In this document: in pieces, positions 28,586-37,827 of the stretch
How the letters are laid out: every line of letters starts with the position of its first letter
Numbering within the stretch: position 1 is the stretch's first letter
NCBI GenBank assembly: GCA_947178015.1
Contig: CAMWWW010000001.1
Span: 1-40,245, forward strand
Direction: 5' to 3'
Length of the DNA: 40,245 bases
From: an uncultured Clostridia bacterium
Lineage (GTDB): Bacteria > Bacillota > Clostridia > Lachnospirales > Lachnospiraceae
Notes under the pieces: model-generated
The model's database searches: none
Told to the model about the DNA's origin: nothing
What the model saw: the letters and a program-made list of their open reading frames with translations, nothing else
Made by a program: the position numbers and the translations under genes

Positions 28586-28647
28586 GGTAATTCCACCTTT
28601 CTTATCCCACTTTTACCTGTTTTTTACCTACAATATATTATATCGGC

Positions 28648-29415
28648 TTACGAGTTCGCCAGATTAACATCTTTCTCCAAAGTCTCATCCATCGCCTGAA
28701 CAAATTTCTGATTTGTCTCAAATGCGCGGGTGATGGTAATCATCTCCACCATCTCACTAATTACATTTGCGTTGGACGCCTCCAGATAGCCCTGCTGAAT
28801 CAGGAATTCTCCCTTCTTTTCCGTATAGCCATCCACCTTGTCGTACATGTTCTCGCCGAATTTTTTCAAATAGTTGTAGTCCTCAAAATCTACAATCTTA
28901 ATCGTATCCACCAGCCTGTCGTTCTGGTAAATATTTCCCAGCTCATCGACAACGGTATCTACCTTGGTAGAAATCTGAATATTTCCATCGCGTCCCTGAA
29001 CAAAATCTCCGTCCTTTGTAACCAAATATCCTTCGTTTGTGACAGTAAAAGAACCATCTCTTGTATACTTAAAGGATTGCTCATCTGCTTTATTTGTATA
29101 AGAAATCTCAAAAAATCCATTCCCAGTGATTGCCAGATCGTAAGGATTATCGGTTATCTTCAAGTTTCCCTGTGTGTAATCTGTATAATTCTCGCCAATC
29201 TTTACGCCAAGGCTTGCCTTCCCTATGCGCTTATCAATATAATCCTCCGATCCATCCTTTACCTTAATGATAAACATATCGTCGAACGCCCTCGATGTAG
29301 CGCCTTCTTTCTTATATCCTGTCGTCGCTGAGTTTGCCAGATTGTTCGTAATTGTGTCCAGCATATGCTGCTGATTTAACATTCCTGTATACGCTGTGTA
29401 TAGTCCTTTTACCAT
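28648..29415 (-). CDS. Flagellar basal-body rod protein, FlgF/FlgG family (FlhO-like)
   Basis: 255 aa. The N-terminus is GLYTAYTGMLNQQHMLDTITNNLANSATTGYK and the C-terminus is GYLEASNANVISEMVEMITITRAFETNQK. Confidence 0.9.
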   Translation of the reverse strand: MVKGLYTAYTGMLNQQHMLDTITNNLANSATTGYKKEGATSRAFDDMFIIKVKDGSEDYIDKRIGKASLGVKIGENYTDYTQGNLKITDNPYDLAITGNGFFEISYTNKADEQSFKYTRDGSFTVTNEGYLVTKDGDFVQGRDGNIQISTKVDTVVDELGNIYQNDRLVDTIKIVDFEDYNYLKKFGENMYDKVDGYTEKKGEFLIQQGYLEASNANVISEMVEMITITRAFETNQKFVQAMDETLEKDVNLANS

Positions 29416-29447
29416 ATCTACACTCCTCTTATTCTTGTATAAAACTA

Positions 29448-30437
29448 CTAATCTCTTTTTCCACTTAAAAACTCTATAAATTTGCCTGTCCCAATCGCAA
29501 CTGCAGTCATAGGGTCCTCCGCAGTCATCGTATTGATGCCAGTTTTTTCCTCAATCAATTCCTCCAAGCCCTGAAGCAGACAGCCTCCTCCTGTCAGCAC
29601 GATGCCGCGATCCGCAATATCCGCTGCAAGCTCCGGCGGCGTCTTTTCTAACACGCTGTGAACCGCCTCCACAATCTGGGAGGTTGTCTCCTTCAGCGCT
29701 TCCTCTGTCTCCTCCGAGGTCACAGTGATCGTCTTGGGAAGTCCTGTCACCAGATTTCTTCCACGAACATCCAGCGTCGCCACTTCTGGGCGCCTGTAAG
29801 CGGAGCCTATCTTAATCTTAATCTCCTCCGCGGTGCGCTCTCCTATCAAGAGATTGTGCTTCTTTCTCATATAGCGGACAATTGCCTCGTCAAAATCATC
29901 TCCAGCAATCTTTATCGAAGTGCTGACCACAGTACCGCCAAGAGAAATCACCGCGATATCCGTCGTTCCTCCTCCGATATCCACAATCATATTGCCGCAT
30001 GGTTTTGAAATATCAATGCCTGCGCCAATCGCAGCCGCGATCGGCTCCTCAATAATGGCAACCTCCCTCGCACCTACCTGATACGTCGCATCCTCCACCG
30101 CTTTCTTCTCAACCTCTGTGACGCCGCTTGGCACACACACGCTGATGCGCGGCTTTTTAAATGTTCTCTTTCCAAGTGCTTTGCGGATAAAATGCTTTAA
30201 CATCTTCTCCGTAACGGTATAGTCGGAGATCACTCCCTGCCTTAAAGGACGAACCGCCACAATATTGCCCGGTGTACGTCCTATCATCAGCCTTGCTTCC
30301 TCCCCGATTGCCTTGATCTTATTTGTATCTCTATCAAATGCCACTACCGATGGCTCCTTTAATACCACACCTTTGCCTCTTACATAAACCAGAATACTGG
30401 CAGTGCCCAAATCAATTCCGATGTCTGTTGATAACAT
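29448..30437 (-). CDS. mreB: MreB/Mbl actin-like rod-shape protein
   Basis: 329 aa with the motifs IGIDLGTASILVY, DIGGGTTDIAV and GIVLTGGG. It lies upstream of two rod-protein genes, as in the B. subtilis order mbl-flhO-flhP. Confidence 0.9.
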   Translation of the reverse strand: MLSTDIGIDLGTASILVYVRGKGVVLKEPSVVAFDRDTNKIKAIGEEARLMIGRTPGNIVAVRPLRQGVISDYTVTEKMLKHFIRKALGKRTFKKPRISVCVPSGVTEVEKKAVEDATYQVGAREVAIIEEPIAAAIGAGIDISKPCGNMIVDIGGGTTDIAVISLGGTVVSTSIKIAGDDFDEAIVRYMRKKHNLLIGERTAEEIKIKIGSAYRRPEVATLDVRGRNLVTGLPKTITVTSEETEEALKETTSQIVEAVHSVLEKTPPELAADIADRGIVLTGGGCLLQGLEELIEEKTGINTMTAEDPMTAVAIGTGKFIEFLSGKRD

Positions 30438-30482
30438 GCGAATCCCCTTTCTAAATTTCCATCATCTTTCATTATATACAAT

Positions 30483-31919
30483 TTATTCCGATTTTAAAAG
30501 AACTTTCTCAATTATTTTTTCAATGACGGTAAAAAGCCAAAGGTATTCTTCCTCCCAGACGCGCGCCTCACCAATCTCCTGAAAACACAAAAAGCCTTTT
30601 TTTCCGCTCCATTCTATCGGTATCAATACCGCTGCGCTGGCATACAGATCATTCATGGTATCCAGCCATTCCTTGGGAACTCGTATGCTGTTTAACACCA
30701 CCATCTCCTGATCCTTCAATAAATGGTAGGGATCAGGAAGTGCCTGAACGGAATACATCTCCCTCTCGGTTTCATTCCATGATGCCTCTTGCGTCATCCA
30801 CGAAGAAACACAGCGGGTATAGACACTTCCAGACACTGTCTCATACAAAGCACACCTGCCGCTGTTGCTGGTTTCTCCTGCTTTTTTTAGACATAAAGCC
30901 AACTTTTCTGCTGGTGTTTTCTCCTCTATCTCCTCGTAAAGCTCCAAAACCTTCTCCTGCATCATCACCTTTCTTTGTAGACGATAGCGCTCAAAGGCGC
31001 TTCCTTTCACGGAGGCTTCTCCTGCAAACTGATTGTAATGCTCGGTAATTACCTCCGACATAATGCGCATAAATTCCAGTATCTTAAGGATATCCTCGAC
31101 CTGTTTTCCTTCCAGACAACTAATCACCCATGTCGCCGCATACTCCTCTTTATAGAAAATAGGCACCCCAGATATCTTGATACCCGGACTTTTCATGGAC
31201 AAAATGACATTGCGCTGGCCAGAATCCAAAATCTCCTCCAGTCTTTTGATTTTCCTGCGGAAGCTGCCAAGCTCTGCCACATCATAAAATATCCCCTCTT
31301 CCTCCTTCGGCCCTGTCATATGGGTGTAGAAATAATAATCTCTTCCTATAATAGCTGCATGAATCCCATATATATCACAAAAAGCAGCCTGAAGAACCTC
31401 AATCTTCTGCTCCTTCAACAGATCGATCAGAGCATCCTTAAAACTTCTCTCCATTCTAGATTCCATATAACTAAAAATCTCTTTTTGGAGAGATTCCTGA
31501 TTTTCCAGCAAAGCCCATTCCTTATTTTTGCCCTCCGTGATATCCCGAATGATCGTCTCCACATATGTATTTTCGTCCGCTTCTCCCTTAATATAACAAG
31601 AATCTGCCTCTACCCAGAGCATCTCTCCCGCCTTCGTCATCACTCTGTACTCTTGACGAAGATTCTCCGTAGCACGGAGAAGAAAATCACAAGCCTCATG
31701 ATTTACGCGGCTTCTGTCCACCTCGCTTACCAGTTCCATCCAGTAGATCTCGTTTTCCAAAAATTCCTCTGCCTTATACCCATACTTGCAGATATTTTCT
31801 GAAACATATTCCAGACACGGATAACCATCCTCCCCCTTCATATTCCACAAAAACACTACTAATCCATGTCTATCGAGCATATCGTTCCATATTAGCAATC
31901 CCTTTGGCATATGTTCCAT
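30483..31919 (-). CDS. PAS-domain sensor protein with no recognisable output domain
   Basis: 478 aa. The N-terminal PAS-like segment reads YVSENICKYGYKAEEF...EYRVMTKAGEMLWVEADS...IIRDITE. The C-terminal roughly 150 aa look GAF-like. I see no kinase, GGDEF, EAL or HTH motif. Confidence 0.6.
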   Translation of the reverse strand: MEHMPKGLLIWNDMLDRHGLVVFLWNMKGEDGYPCLEYVSENICKYGYKAEEFLENEIYWMELVSEVDRSRVNHEACDFLLRATENLRQEYRVMTKAGEMLWVEADSCYIKGEADENTYVETIIRDITEGKNKEWALLENQESLQKEIFSYMESRMERSFKDALIDLLKEQKIEVLQAAFCDIYGIHAAIIGRDYYFYTHMTGPKEEEGIFYDVAELGSFRRKIKRLEEILDSGQRNVILSMKSPGIKISGVPIFYKEEYAATWVISCLEGKQVEDILKILEFMRIMSEVITEHYNQFAGEASVKGSAFERYRLQRKVMMQEKVLELYEEIEEKTPAEKLALCLKKAGETSNSGRCALYETVSGSVYTRCVSSWMTQEASWNETEREMYSVQALPDPYHLLKDQEMVVLNSIRVPKEWLDTMNDLYASAAVLIPIEWSGKKGFLCFQEIGEARVWEEEYLWLFTVIEKIIEKVLLKSE

Positions 31920-31950
31920 ATCTCCACACCTCTTTCCTCTGTGCCGTCCT

Positions 31951-33936
31951 CTATTCTTCTACCTGAAACTGGTTTGATGTCTTCCTCAAATGTTCCACCA
32001 CCTGATTTAACTGTTCTACCGTCTCTTTCATCCTACTGACAGAATCCAAATTCGCACCCGTTGACTCTCTCACGACCATAACCGTAGATGTCACCTGCTC
32101 CACTCCCGCCATCTGTTCCTGCGAAATAGTGGCAAAGGTATGCGCGCTTTCCTCTACTTGCTGAATCTCTGTCAAAATCCCTTCCATCCTGTCATGAATA
32201 TTATCCACCGCCCCAGCTATAACAGCAAAGCTTTCCTTTGTATTATCCACAACCGCCACGCTCGCTTCTATCCTATTGACATTCTCTTTTGTCTGGGAAA
32301 CGGTTATGTTGACAATCTGCTCTACTTCCTTGATCAGTCTGACGATATCCTCTGCTGACTGTGCAGAATGGTCGGCAAGATTTTTTATCTCCCCCGCCAC
32401 CACAGCAAAGCCTCTGCCCGCTTCTCCTGCCCGCGCCGCCTCAATGGAAGCGTTGAGCGCCAGCAGATCCGTCTCAGACGCTATCTCCTGTATCACAGTA
32501 ATAATACTGCTGATCCGTGCGGCAAGCGCTTCTACCTTGCCCACCGTAATGGCAAGCTCCGTCATGGCATCCTTCACTCCCGTGATCTCCTGCGAAGCCG
32601 CCATAATGCTCTCCTGTCCCTTTACTGTGGCGTCCATGGTAGAATAAAGAGCGGTCCTTGAATCTTCCCCTTTCTCAAGAATGGCTCCTACCGCCTCGCT
32701 TACTTTCTCTGCCATCTGTGCAACGGTAGTGGCGGAGCCTGAGAGCTGATCCATATTCTCTGCGATCAGCTCAGAGGAATAATTAATGGAATTTGACTGT
32801 CCTTCCAGCACACCGACCGCTTTCTGACATTCCTCCGTCTCATCCTCCAAATCGGACACCGCTTTCTTAATATCTGTCACCACACCCTTTATGCTGGACA
32901 CACTCTCATTCACTGCCCTAACCATGCTGCCTATCTCAGTTCTGCTCTTAATAGAAAGGCTGCCCGTCAGATCACCCCGCGCAACTCCCTTCATATACTC
33001 ATCCACGCGCACAATTGGTTTTGTGATCCTACCAATCACAATGAATAAAACCACAAGAAGCATCACCATCGCCACACCAAAGCAAAGCGCCGACACCTGC
33101 GCAAGCTGATAACAATCCTCCAATATCACACTTTCTGGAATTATCACCAATAACTGCCAGCCAAGCTCCTCCACCTGCTGTGTTGTCACAAAACACGCTA
33201 CACCATCCAGCGTATATTTCTCAGACGAACCGCCTGCTGCCAGATCCTGCGCAAGCTGAGGATAAAAATCAGATAAAAATCTGCCCTGCTTATCTTTATC
33301 TGTCGTACCAATCACTTCTCCCTCAGAATTGACAAGAATTGCCTGTCCATTCTGCAACTCCATATCAGAAAGCACCTGATCAATATCCAAAAGAAATACA
33401 TCTGCCCCCAGCACACTAGAACCGTCCTCCAGCATACACGACAACGTGACGCACACCTTGCCCGTCACACTGTCCACATATGTGTTTGTATAATGAATTC
33501 CGGGGGACTGGGCTGCTATCTGATACCATTCTCTGGAAGCAAGTCCTGTAATCCCTGCTCTCTCTTCTTTTGAAATACCGGGATATATCAGAAAATCATC
33601 CTCATATCCTATATATATGCCATAGGGAATACTGCCAAAGTCCCCCTTCACACTTTCCAAATAAGTGCTTCTCGCTGCTTTCGAGGGACGCTCATTCGCA
33701 TAACTCACACACACTTTCACGCTGTACTCATTCAGCTCCATCCAGCTTTCCAAGCTTAATCTGCCCTCCGATGCCATACTATTCATCCATCTGGTGGCCG
33801 CCTGATAAAGAGAACGATATGCCATAAACAGGCTGATGCCCGATATAATTAACATCGCAATCCCTGTCAACAGCCCGGCTGTCAGAAGCAACTGATTTTG
33901 TATCTTCCCTGTATGTAGCCTGCCTTTTCTGCTCAT
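31951..33936 (-). CDS. Methyl-accepting chemotaxis protein with an extracellular Cache-type sensor and HAMP domain
   Basis: 661 aa with two TM helices flanking a sensor of about 260 aa (REWYQIA...TGKVCVTLS). The signalling motif is [40 protein letters not shown] precedes the ATG. Confidence 0.9.
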   Translation of the reverse strand: MSRKGRLHTGKIQNQLLLTAGLLTGIAMLIISGISLFMAYRSLYQAATRWMNSMASEGRLSLESWMELNEYSVKVCVSYANERPSKAARSTYLESVKGDFGSIPYGIYIGYEDDFLIYPGISKEERAGITGLASREWYQIAAQSPGIHYTNTYVDSVTGKVCVTLSCMLEDGSSVLGADVFLLDIDQVLSDMELQNGQAILVNSEGEVIGTTDKDKQGRFLSDFYPQLAQDLAAGGSSEKYTLDGVACFVTTQQVEELGWQLLVIIPESVILEDCYQLAQVSALCFGVAMVMLLVVLFIVIGRITKPIVRVDEYMKGVARGDLTGSLSIKSRTEIGSMVRAVNESVSSIKGVVTDIKKAVSDLEDETEECQKAVGVLEGQSNSINYSSELIAENMDQLSGSATTVAQMAEKVSEAVGAILEKGEDSRTALYSTMDATVKGQESIMAASQEITGVKDAMTELAITVGKVEALAARISSIITVIQEIASETDLLALNASIEAARAGEAGRGFAVVAGEIKNLADHSAQSAEDIVRLIKEVEQIVNITVSQTKENVNRIEASVAVVDNTKESFAVIAGAVDNIHDRMEGILTEIQQVEESAHTFATISQEQMAGVEQVTSTVMVVRESTGANLDSVSRMKETVEQLNQVVEHLRKTSNQFQVEE

Positions 33937-34088
33937 ACGCGTCTCCTCCTGCTATCTGGAACATAATCCATCGCATATAGAGTCAGTATAACATCTTTTA
34001 TGATAAAAAGAAAGAGTATCCTTTATATTTTTCACGACAATCGCATGAAGGAATATTTTTCTGCATACTATTTCCACCATCCCTGAAC

Positions 34089-34117
34089 GAATACTTATCC
34101 TATCTCCTGCATACATT
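34089..34117 (+). promoter_or_regulatory. Sigma-E type sporulation promoter upstream of spoIIID
   Basis: The sequence GAATACT-N14-CATACATT matches the B. subtilis SigE consensus (ZHATAxx-N14-CATACAHT). It lies about 30 nt upstream of the start codon. Confidence 0.6.
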
Positions 34118-34146
34118 GTAACAACTAATATCTCAGAGGTTTTCTT

Positions 34147-34407
34147 TTGAAAAGCTATATTGAAGAGCGGGCTGTGGAAATAGCCAATTTTATTATTGAC
34201 AATAATGCCACTGTGCGCCAGACAGCCAAGCAGTACGGCATCAGCAAAAGCACAGTACATAAGGATATGACAGAGCGTCTTTATGAGCTGAATCCTTCGC
34301 TTGCAGGGCAGGTGCGGAAGGTTTTAGATGTCAATAAATCAGAGCGCCATATCCGCGGTGGTCTGGCTACCAGAGAAAAGTACCTATCCAAACACAAAGA
34401 AATGTGA
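34147..34407 (+). CDS. spoIIID: Stage III sporulation protein D (mother-cell transcription regulator)
   Basis: 86 aa reading YIEERAVEIANFIIDNNATVRQTAKQYGISKSTVHKDMTERL, with a C-terminal basic helix. TTG start with GAGG upstream. Confidence 0.9.
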   Translation: MKSYIEERAVEIANFIIDNNATVRQTAKQYGISKSTVHKDMTERLYELNPSLAGQVRKVLDVNKSERHIRGGLATREKYLSKHKEM

Positions 34408-34442
34408 TATGATAGGAGCAAACAAAGGAAAAGAGGGAAGCT

Positions 34443-35264
34443 ATGTACAACTATAGCCTGTTTCAGTGGATGATGTTTTTCTTCGTTTATTGCTTCTTTG
34501 GCTGGTGCATTGAATCTACCATTGTCTCAATAAGCAAGCGTCAATTGGTCAATCGTGGATTTCTGCGGATTCCCATGCTGCCGCTTTACGGAACTGGAGC
34601 TGTTTTAATTCTGTTTCTCACCATTCCAGTTAGGGAGAACATAATAGCAGTCTATCTGGTGGGACTCACCGGAGCCACTATTCTGGAATATATTACTGGT
34701 ATGATTATGGAATCCCTGTTTAAGATGAAATACTGGGACTACAGCCATCATAGATTTCAGCTTCATGGGCGCATCTGCTTAAGCTCCTCCCTGTTCTGGG
34801 GAGTTTTGTCCGTTGCCCTCATGGAATCGATCCATCCGCCAATTGAGCGCTGGATACTAAGCTTAAATCCGATCGCTGTATCCATCGGGGTGTGCATAAC
34901 CGCCTGTCTTATGCTTGCAGATACCATTGTCTCCGCAAGAGCAGCGCTTGATCTTGCCAAAGTTCTGGAACATCTATCTGCGGCGCGGGAGGAGATCGAA
35001 CGCCTTGGTTTACAGCTAGACGAGCTTAAAGAAACAGCGCAGCAGCAGATTGAAGATATCAAAGAGGGGAAAGATAAGATCAAAGAGCATATTGAAGAAA
35101 TTAAGAAGCAGCTAAGCGAGCTGTCAACTGCGCGGGAATCCGAGATCTCGCATCTAGGCTTTTTTAAACTGGAGTTATTAAAAGGGCATCCCACTGCCTA
35201 CTCAAAAAAGTTCAATCTTACTCTGCGAGAGCTAAAAGATCGCATATACACGAAAAAAAGATAG
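34443..35264 (+). CDS. Polytopic membrane protein (DUF1113 / putative ABC-transporter type IV-like) with a C-terminal coiled coil
   Basis: 273 aa. The N-terminus is FFFVYCFFGWCIESTIVS...GFLRIPMLPLYGTGAV. The last roughly 90 aa are charged heptad-like sequence. Confidence 0.65.
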   Translation: MYNYSLFQWMMFFFVYCFFGWCIESTIVSISKRQLVNRGFLRIPMLPLYGTGAVLILFLTIPVRENIIAVYLVGLTGATILEYITGMIMESLFKMKYWDYSHHRFQLHGRICLSSSLFWGVLSVALMESIHPPIERWILSLNPIAVSIGVCITACLMLADTIVSARAALDLAKVLEHLSAAREEIERLGLQLDELKETAQQQIEDIKEGKDKIKEHIEEIKKQLSELSTARESEISHLGFFKLELLKGHPTAYSKKFNLTLRELKDRIYTKKR

Positions 35265-35285
35265 CCTTATAAGCTATCTTTTTTC
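35253..35285 (+). terminator. Rho-independent (potentially bidirectional) terminator
   Basis: A 7-bp stem (agatagc/gctatct) is flanked by A7 upstream and T6 downstream. It overlaps the stop codon of the membrane-protein gene. Confidence 0.65.
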
Positions 35286-35527
35286 GCGTGCAAGGGAGAA
35301 AGCATTTTCCTTCTTGAATCTATAATCACAATTAAACATATCAATTTCGGGGGGATAGAGGAAGCTCCCCAGAGAGCTTCCTCCAGAGTTATGAAAATGT
35401 TAAGTTATCATATCATCTCTTCGATGATATGCCTCTATCATAAAGGATAAATGTGTCTATTGTTTGTCCATTCTCTTAACTAATCATAAAATCCATAAAG
35501 AAACTTTCCCTGAAAAATAAAATTTCT

Positions 35528-36523
35528 CTAAATTTCTACCGCCTGATCCAAAAGAAATTCCAACACTTTATTATAAAGAAGATTATCTCTTATCTGATCT
35601 TCTCCTCCATAATATTCCAAAAGTGCATCCCGCTCCATACTGCTCTGGCCCACCGCCTCGTCAATCTCCTGATTTAGCTCCTCATCGCTCACGCTGATAT
35701 TCTCTTCCTTGGCTATCATCTCCAGAATCATATATTTTGCTGTCTCCTCTTGCCCATAAGACTCACAATCCTTATTAAAATCTGCCTCCGACATATTATT
35801 GGCTGCAAGCAGAGTGGTCAGATCAATGCCATACATAGCTGCAAGACTCTGATAATAGCTTTTCATCTCATCTGCGTATTTTGTCACCTGCTGTTGCGGA
35901 TATCCCTTTATGGTCGTATTATTTTTTACAACCTCCCATATCTGATTTAACTTCTGATTATCCTTGGCAAGCTGCAACTCTTTCTTCACATTCTCTGAAT
36001 ATGCCGCTACCGAATCAAAAGAGGTATTCGCTGTCACTACCTCCTCGGTAAGCTCCGCGCCGACCACGCCATTAATACCATTTACCGTCACAGTAAATAC
36101 CACTGGTTTTCCAGAAAAATCTGGATTGGGATCATATGGCTCAGGAAAATTAAGGTTTAATTCTACAGTTGATCCAAGCTTTGCGCCAACCAATCCTTCC
36201 TCAAACCCATCAATATACCGGTTTGAGCCGATTGTCAAAGACTGATTTTCCGCCGTTCCACCATCAAAAGCTACCCCATCCATCGTGCCAACATAATCAA
36301 TGATCACCGTATCGCCGTTTTCCACCGTATCACGGAAGCGACTGGCAAGCTCTGCATCGATCTCCTCCTGCGTAACATCTGGTATGGCAGTGATCTCGAT
36401 GCCTTTATACTGTCCCAGCGTTACATATTTGCTGTAATCCTCTGAATCTGTCTTCTTCCCGCAGCCAGCCAGCACAAGCACTGCACACAGAGCGGCTGCC
36501 GCTATCTTCATCCTTTTTTTCAT
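35528..36523 (-). CDS. Lipoprotein with a trigger-factor-type FKBP peptidyl-prolyl isomerase domain
   Basis: The signal peptide carries a lipobox (VLAGC). The FKBP-like segment is GDTVIIDYVGTMDGVAFDGGTAENQSLTIGSNRYIDGFEEGLVGAK. A trigger-factor C-terminal-like helical domain follows. Confidence 0.8.
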   Translation of the reverse strand: MKKRMKIAAAALCAVLVLAGCGKKTDSEDYSKYVTLGQYKGIEITAIPDVTQEEIDAELASRFRDTVENGDTVIIDYVGTMDGVAFDGGTAENQSLTIGSNRYIDGFEEGLVGAKLGSTVELNLNFPEPYDPNPDFSGKPVVFTVTVNGINGVVGAELTEEVVTANTSFDSVAAYSENVKKELQLAKDNQKLNQIWEVVKNNTTIKGYPQQQVTKYADEMKSYYQSLAAMYGIDLTTLLAANNMSEADFNKDCESYGQEETAKYMILEMIAKEENISVSDEELNQEIDEAVGQSSMERDALLEYYGGEDQIRDNLLYNKVLEFLLDQAVEI

Positions 36524-36554
36524 TTATTCTCTCCTCTTTATTTTCGTACAGCAC

Positions 36555-36980
36555 CTATGATAGATATTTTTTAATTCTTGCAATCAATTCTTCATATTCC
36601 GCATCTGCAAGCGTCGTTCTCGCCGGATTCATCTCAAACACGCCTCCCCATTCATAGCCATCCTTATATTTCGGCACCAGATGAAAATGAAGGTGATGTC
36701 CCGTATCACCATATGCGCCATAATTGATCTTGTCCGGGTGAAAAGCCTCTCTCAACGCTCTTGAAACCTTTGCGACGTCTGCAAAATAATCATTTCTTTC
36801 CTCATCCGTCAATTCTGTCATATCACCAATATGTGTTTTATGTGCTACAATCACTCTGCCCTCATGGCTTTGCTCCTTAAAAAGATACACCTTCGACGTC
36901 TTCAGCTCGCAGATCTTAATTCCAAATTTCGCCACCAGCTCGCCTTCCATGCAGTATGCACAATTATTATCCACTGTCAT
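36555..36980 (-). CDS. HIT (histidine triad) family nucleotide hydrolase/transferase
   Basis: 141 aa with the histidine triad HLHFHLVPK and an N-terminal CxxC. Confidence 0.85.
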   Translation of the reverse strand: MTVDNNCAYCMEGELVAKFGIKICELKTSKVYLFKEQSHEGRVIVAHKTHIGDMTELTDEERNDYFADVAKVSRALREAFHPDKINYGAYGDTGHHLHFHLVPKYKDGYEWGGVFEMNPARTTLADAEYEELIARIKKYLS

Positions 36981-37035
36981 ATACTTCTCTCTCCTTATTC
37001 TTTTCTTTGTATTATAACCGTTCTTTTCATTTTTT

Positions 37036-37656
37036 TCAATCTTTTACGAGGATAAAGTCCGCCGCGTAGGGAAGCGTCTCTATCCAGCTACAGAAAACAT
37101 GCCATTCTGCAAGCTTATGATTCTTTCTGGCATAATACATACTGGACGCATTTTCATAATTCATTGTCACCGTGCGCATCTGATTATAGCTGCTGGGGAG
37201 AAGCTGAATTAAATCATACCAATCCTGCTTTTCCTTTGTTTCCAGATACCGCTGCCGAACCTTCTCCAAATAGGCAATCACCTGCTCCATAAAAGCCCTT
37301 GTATCCTCCGTCATCTGATCACAGCTAAAATCCTCCAGTCTAAACTCCCCGCTGTGTATCTTATGCATGGTACTGGTGGAATTGGCCACTGTTCCCACCT
37401 TATACGTATCAAATTCCTTCCACCAATACAAAGGCGCTGTGATGTCAACAGAAATAAAAATCTGACGAATAAACTTTCTATGATCGGTGCCCGCCTTTGC
37501 AAGCCTGTTTCCAAGCTCCTTATCATTTTCTCCCAAAATAAAATTTCCCTCTTCATCATATGCACTGTCCATCCTTGCCCAGCTATTCAGAGGATTCCTC
37601 GCGCCGCGAATGGCGTTTTCCATATTCATCACCGATGTTCTCTCTAAACGTATCAT
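37036..37656 (-). CDS. ThyX-fold (Thy1-like) protein lacking the canonical RHR motif
   Basis: 206 aa. The segment DHRKFIRQIFISVDITAPLYWWKEFDTYKVGT aligns by eye with ThyX ...FEHxxFTFxIxxPIFVARQWFRHRIAS. The C-terminal part (LLPSSYNQMRTVTMNYENASSMYYARKN) parallels the ThyX segment LPLNLYT..NARSLMNFLNLR. AGGAGAG precedes the ATG. Confidence 0.5.
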   Translation of the reverse strand: MIRLERTSVMNMENAIRGARNPLNSWARMDSAYDEEGNFILGENDKELGNRLAKAGTDHRKFIRQIFISVDITAPLYWWKEFDTYKVGTVANSTSTMHKIHSGEFRLEDFSCDQMTEDTRAFMEQVIAYLEKVRQRYLETKEKQDWYDLIQLLPSSYNQMRTVTMNYENASSMYYARKNHKLAEWHVFCSWIETLPYAADFILVKD

Positions 37657-37827
37657 TTCATCTCTCCTGTCTATCTTTTTTATCCTATTATACCCGATAC
37701 TTCCATCTGTTACAATGTCGACTTTTACTATCTATTATGATATGATAGAAAAAACACAAAACCTGCTATCCGCGCTGTCTTGGCAGGCTTTGTCATCTAT
37801 TTAAAGCAGCGCAGAAATGAGGACTGC

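Noticed and set aside
31038-31802. 254-aa plus-strand ORF. Many similar plus-strand ORFs exist, for example 3155-3610, 9440-9973, 11500-11937, 19545-19940, 22817-23356, 25957-26271 and 32276-32647. The minus-strand ORF at 34763-35194 is the same kind of case.
   Set aside because: All lie antisense inside long ORFs that have clear family motifs. Their translations are low-complexity or rich in Ser, Leu, Cys, His and Pro, with no motifs and no SD sequences. They are most likely shadow ORFs.
33952-34260. 102-aa minus-strand ORF overlapping spoIIID and its promoter.
   Set aside because: It overlaps a confidently identified spoIIID on the other strand. It has no motif and no RBS.
36555-37656. HIT + ThyX-like pair considered as an anti-phage nucleotide-depletion or defence module.
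   Set aside because: There are no accompanying sensor or effector hallmarks and no mobile-element context. The flanking genes are housekeeping (PPIase lipoprotein, hflKC). It is retained only as an unusual enzyme pair.
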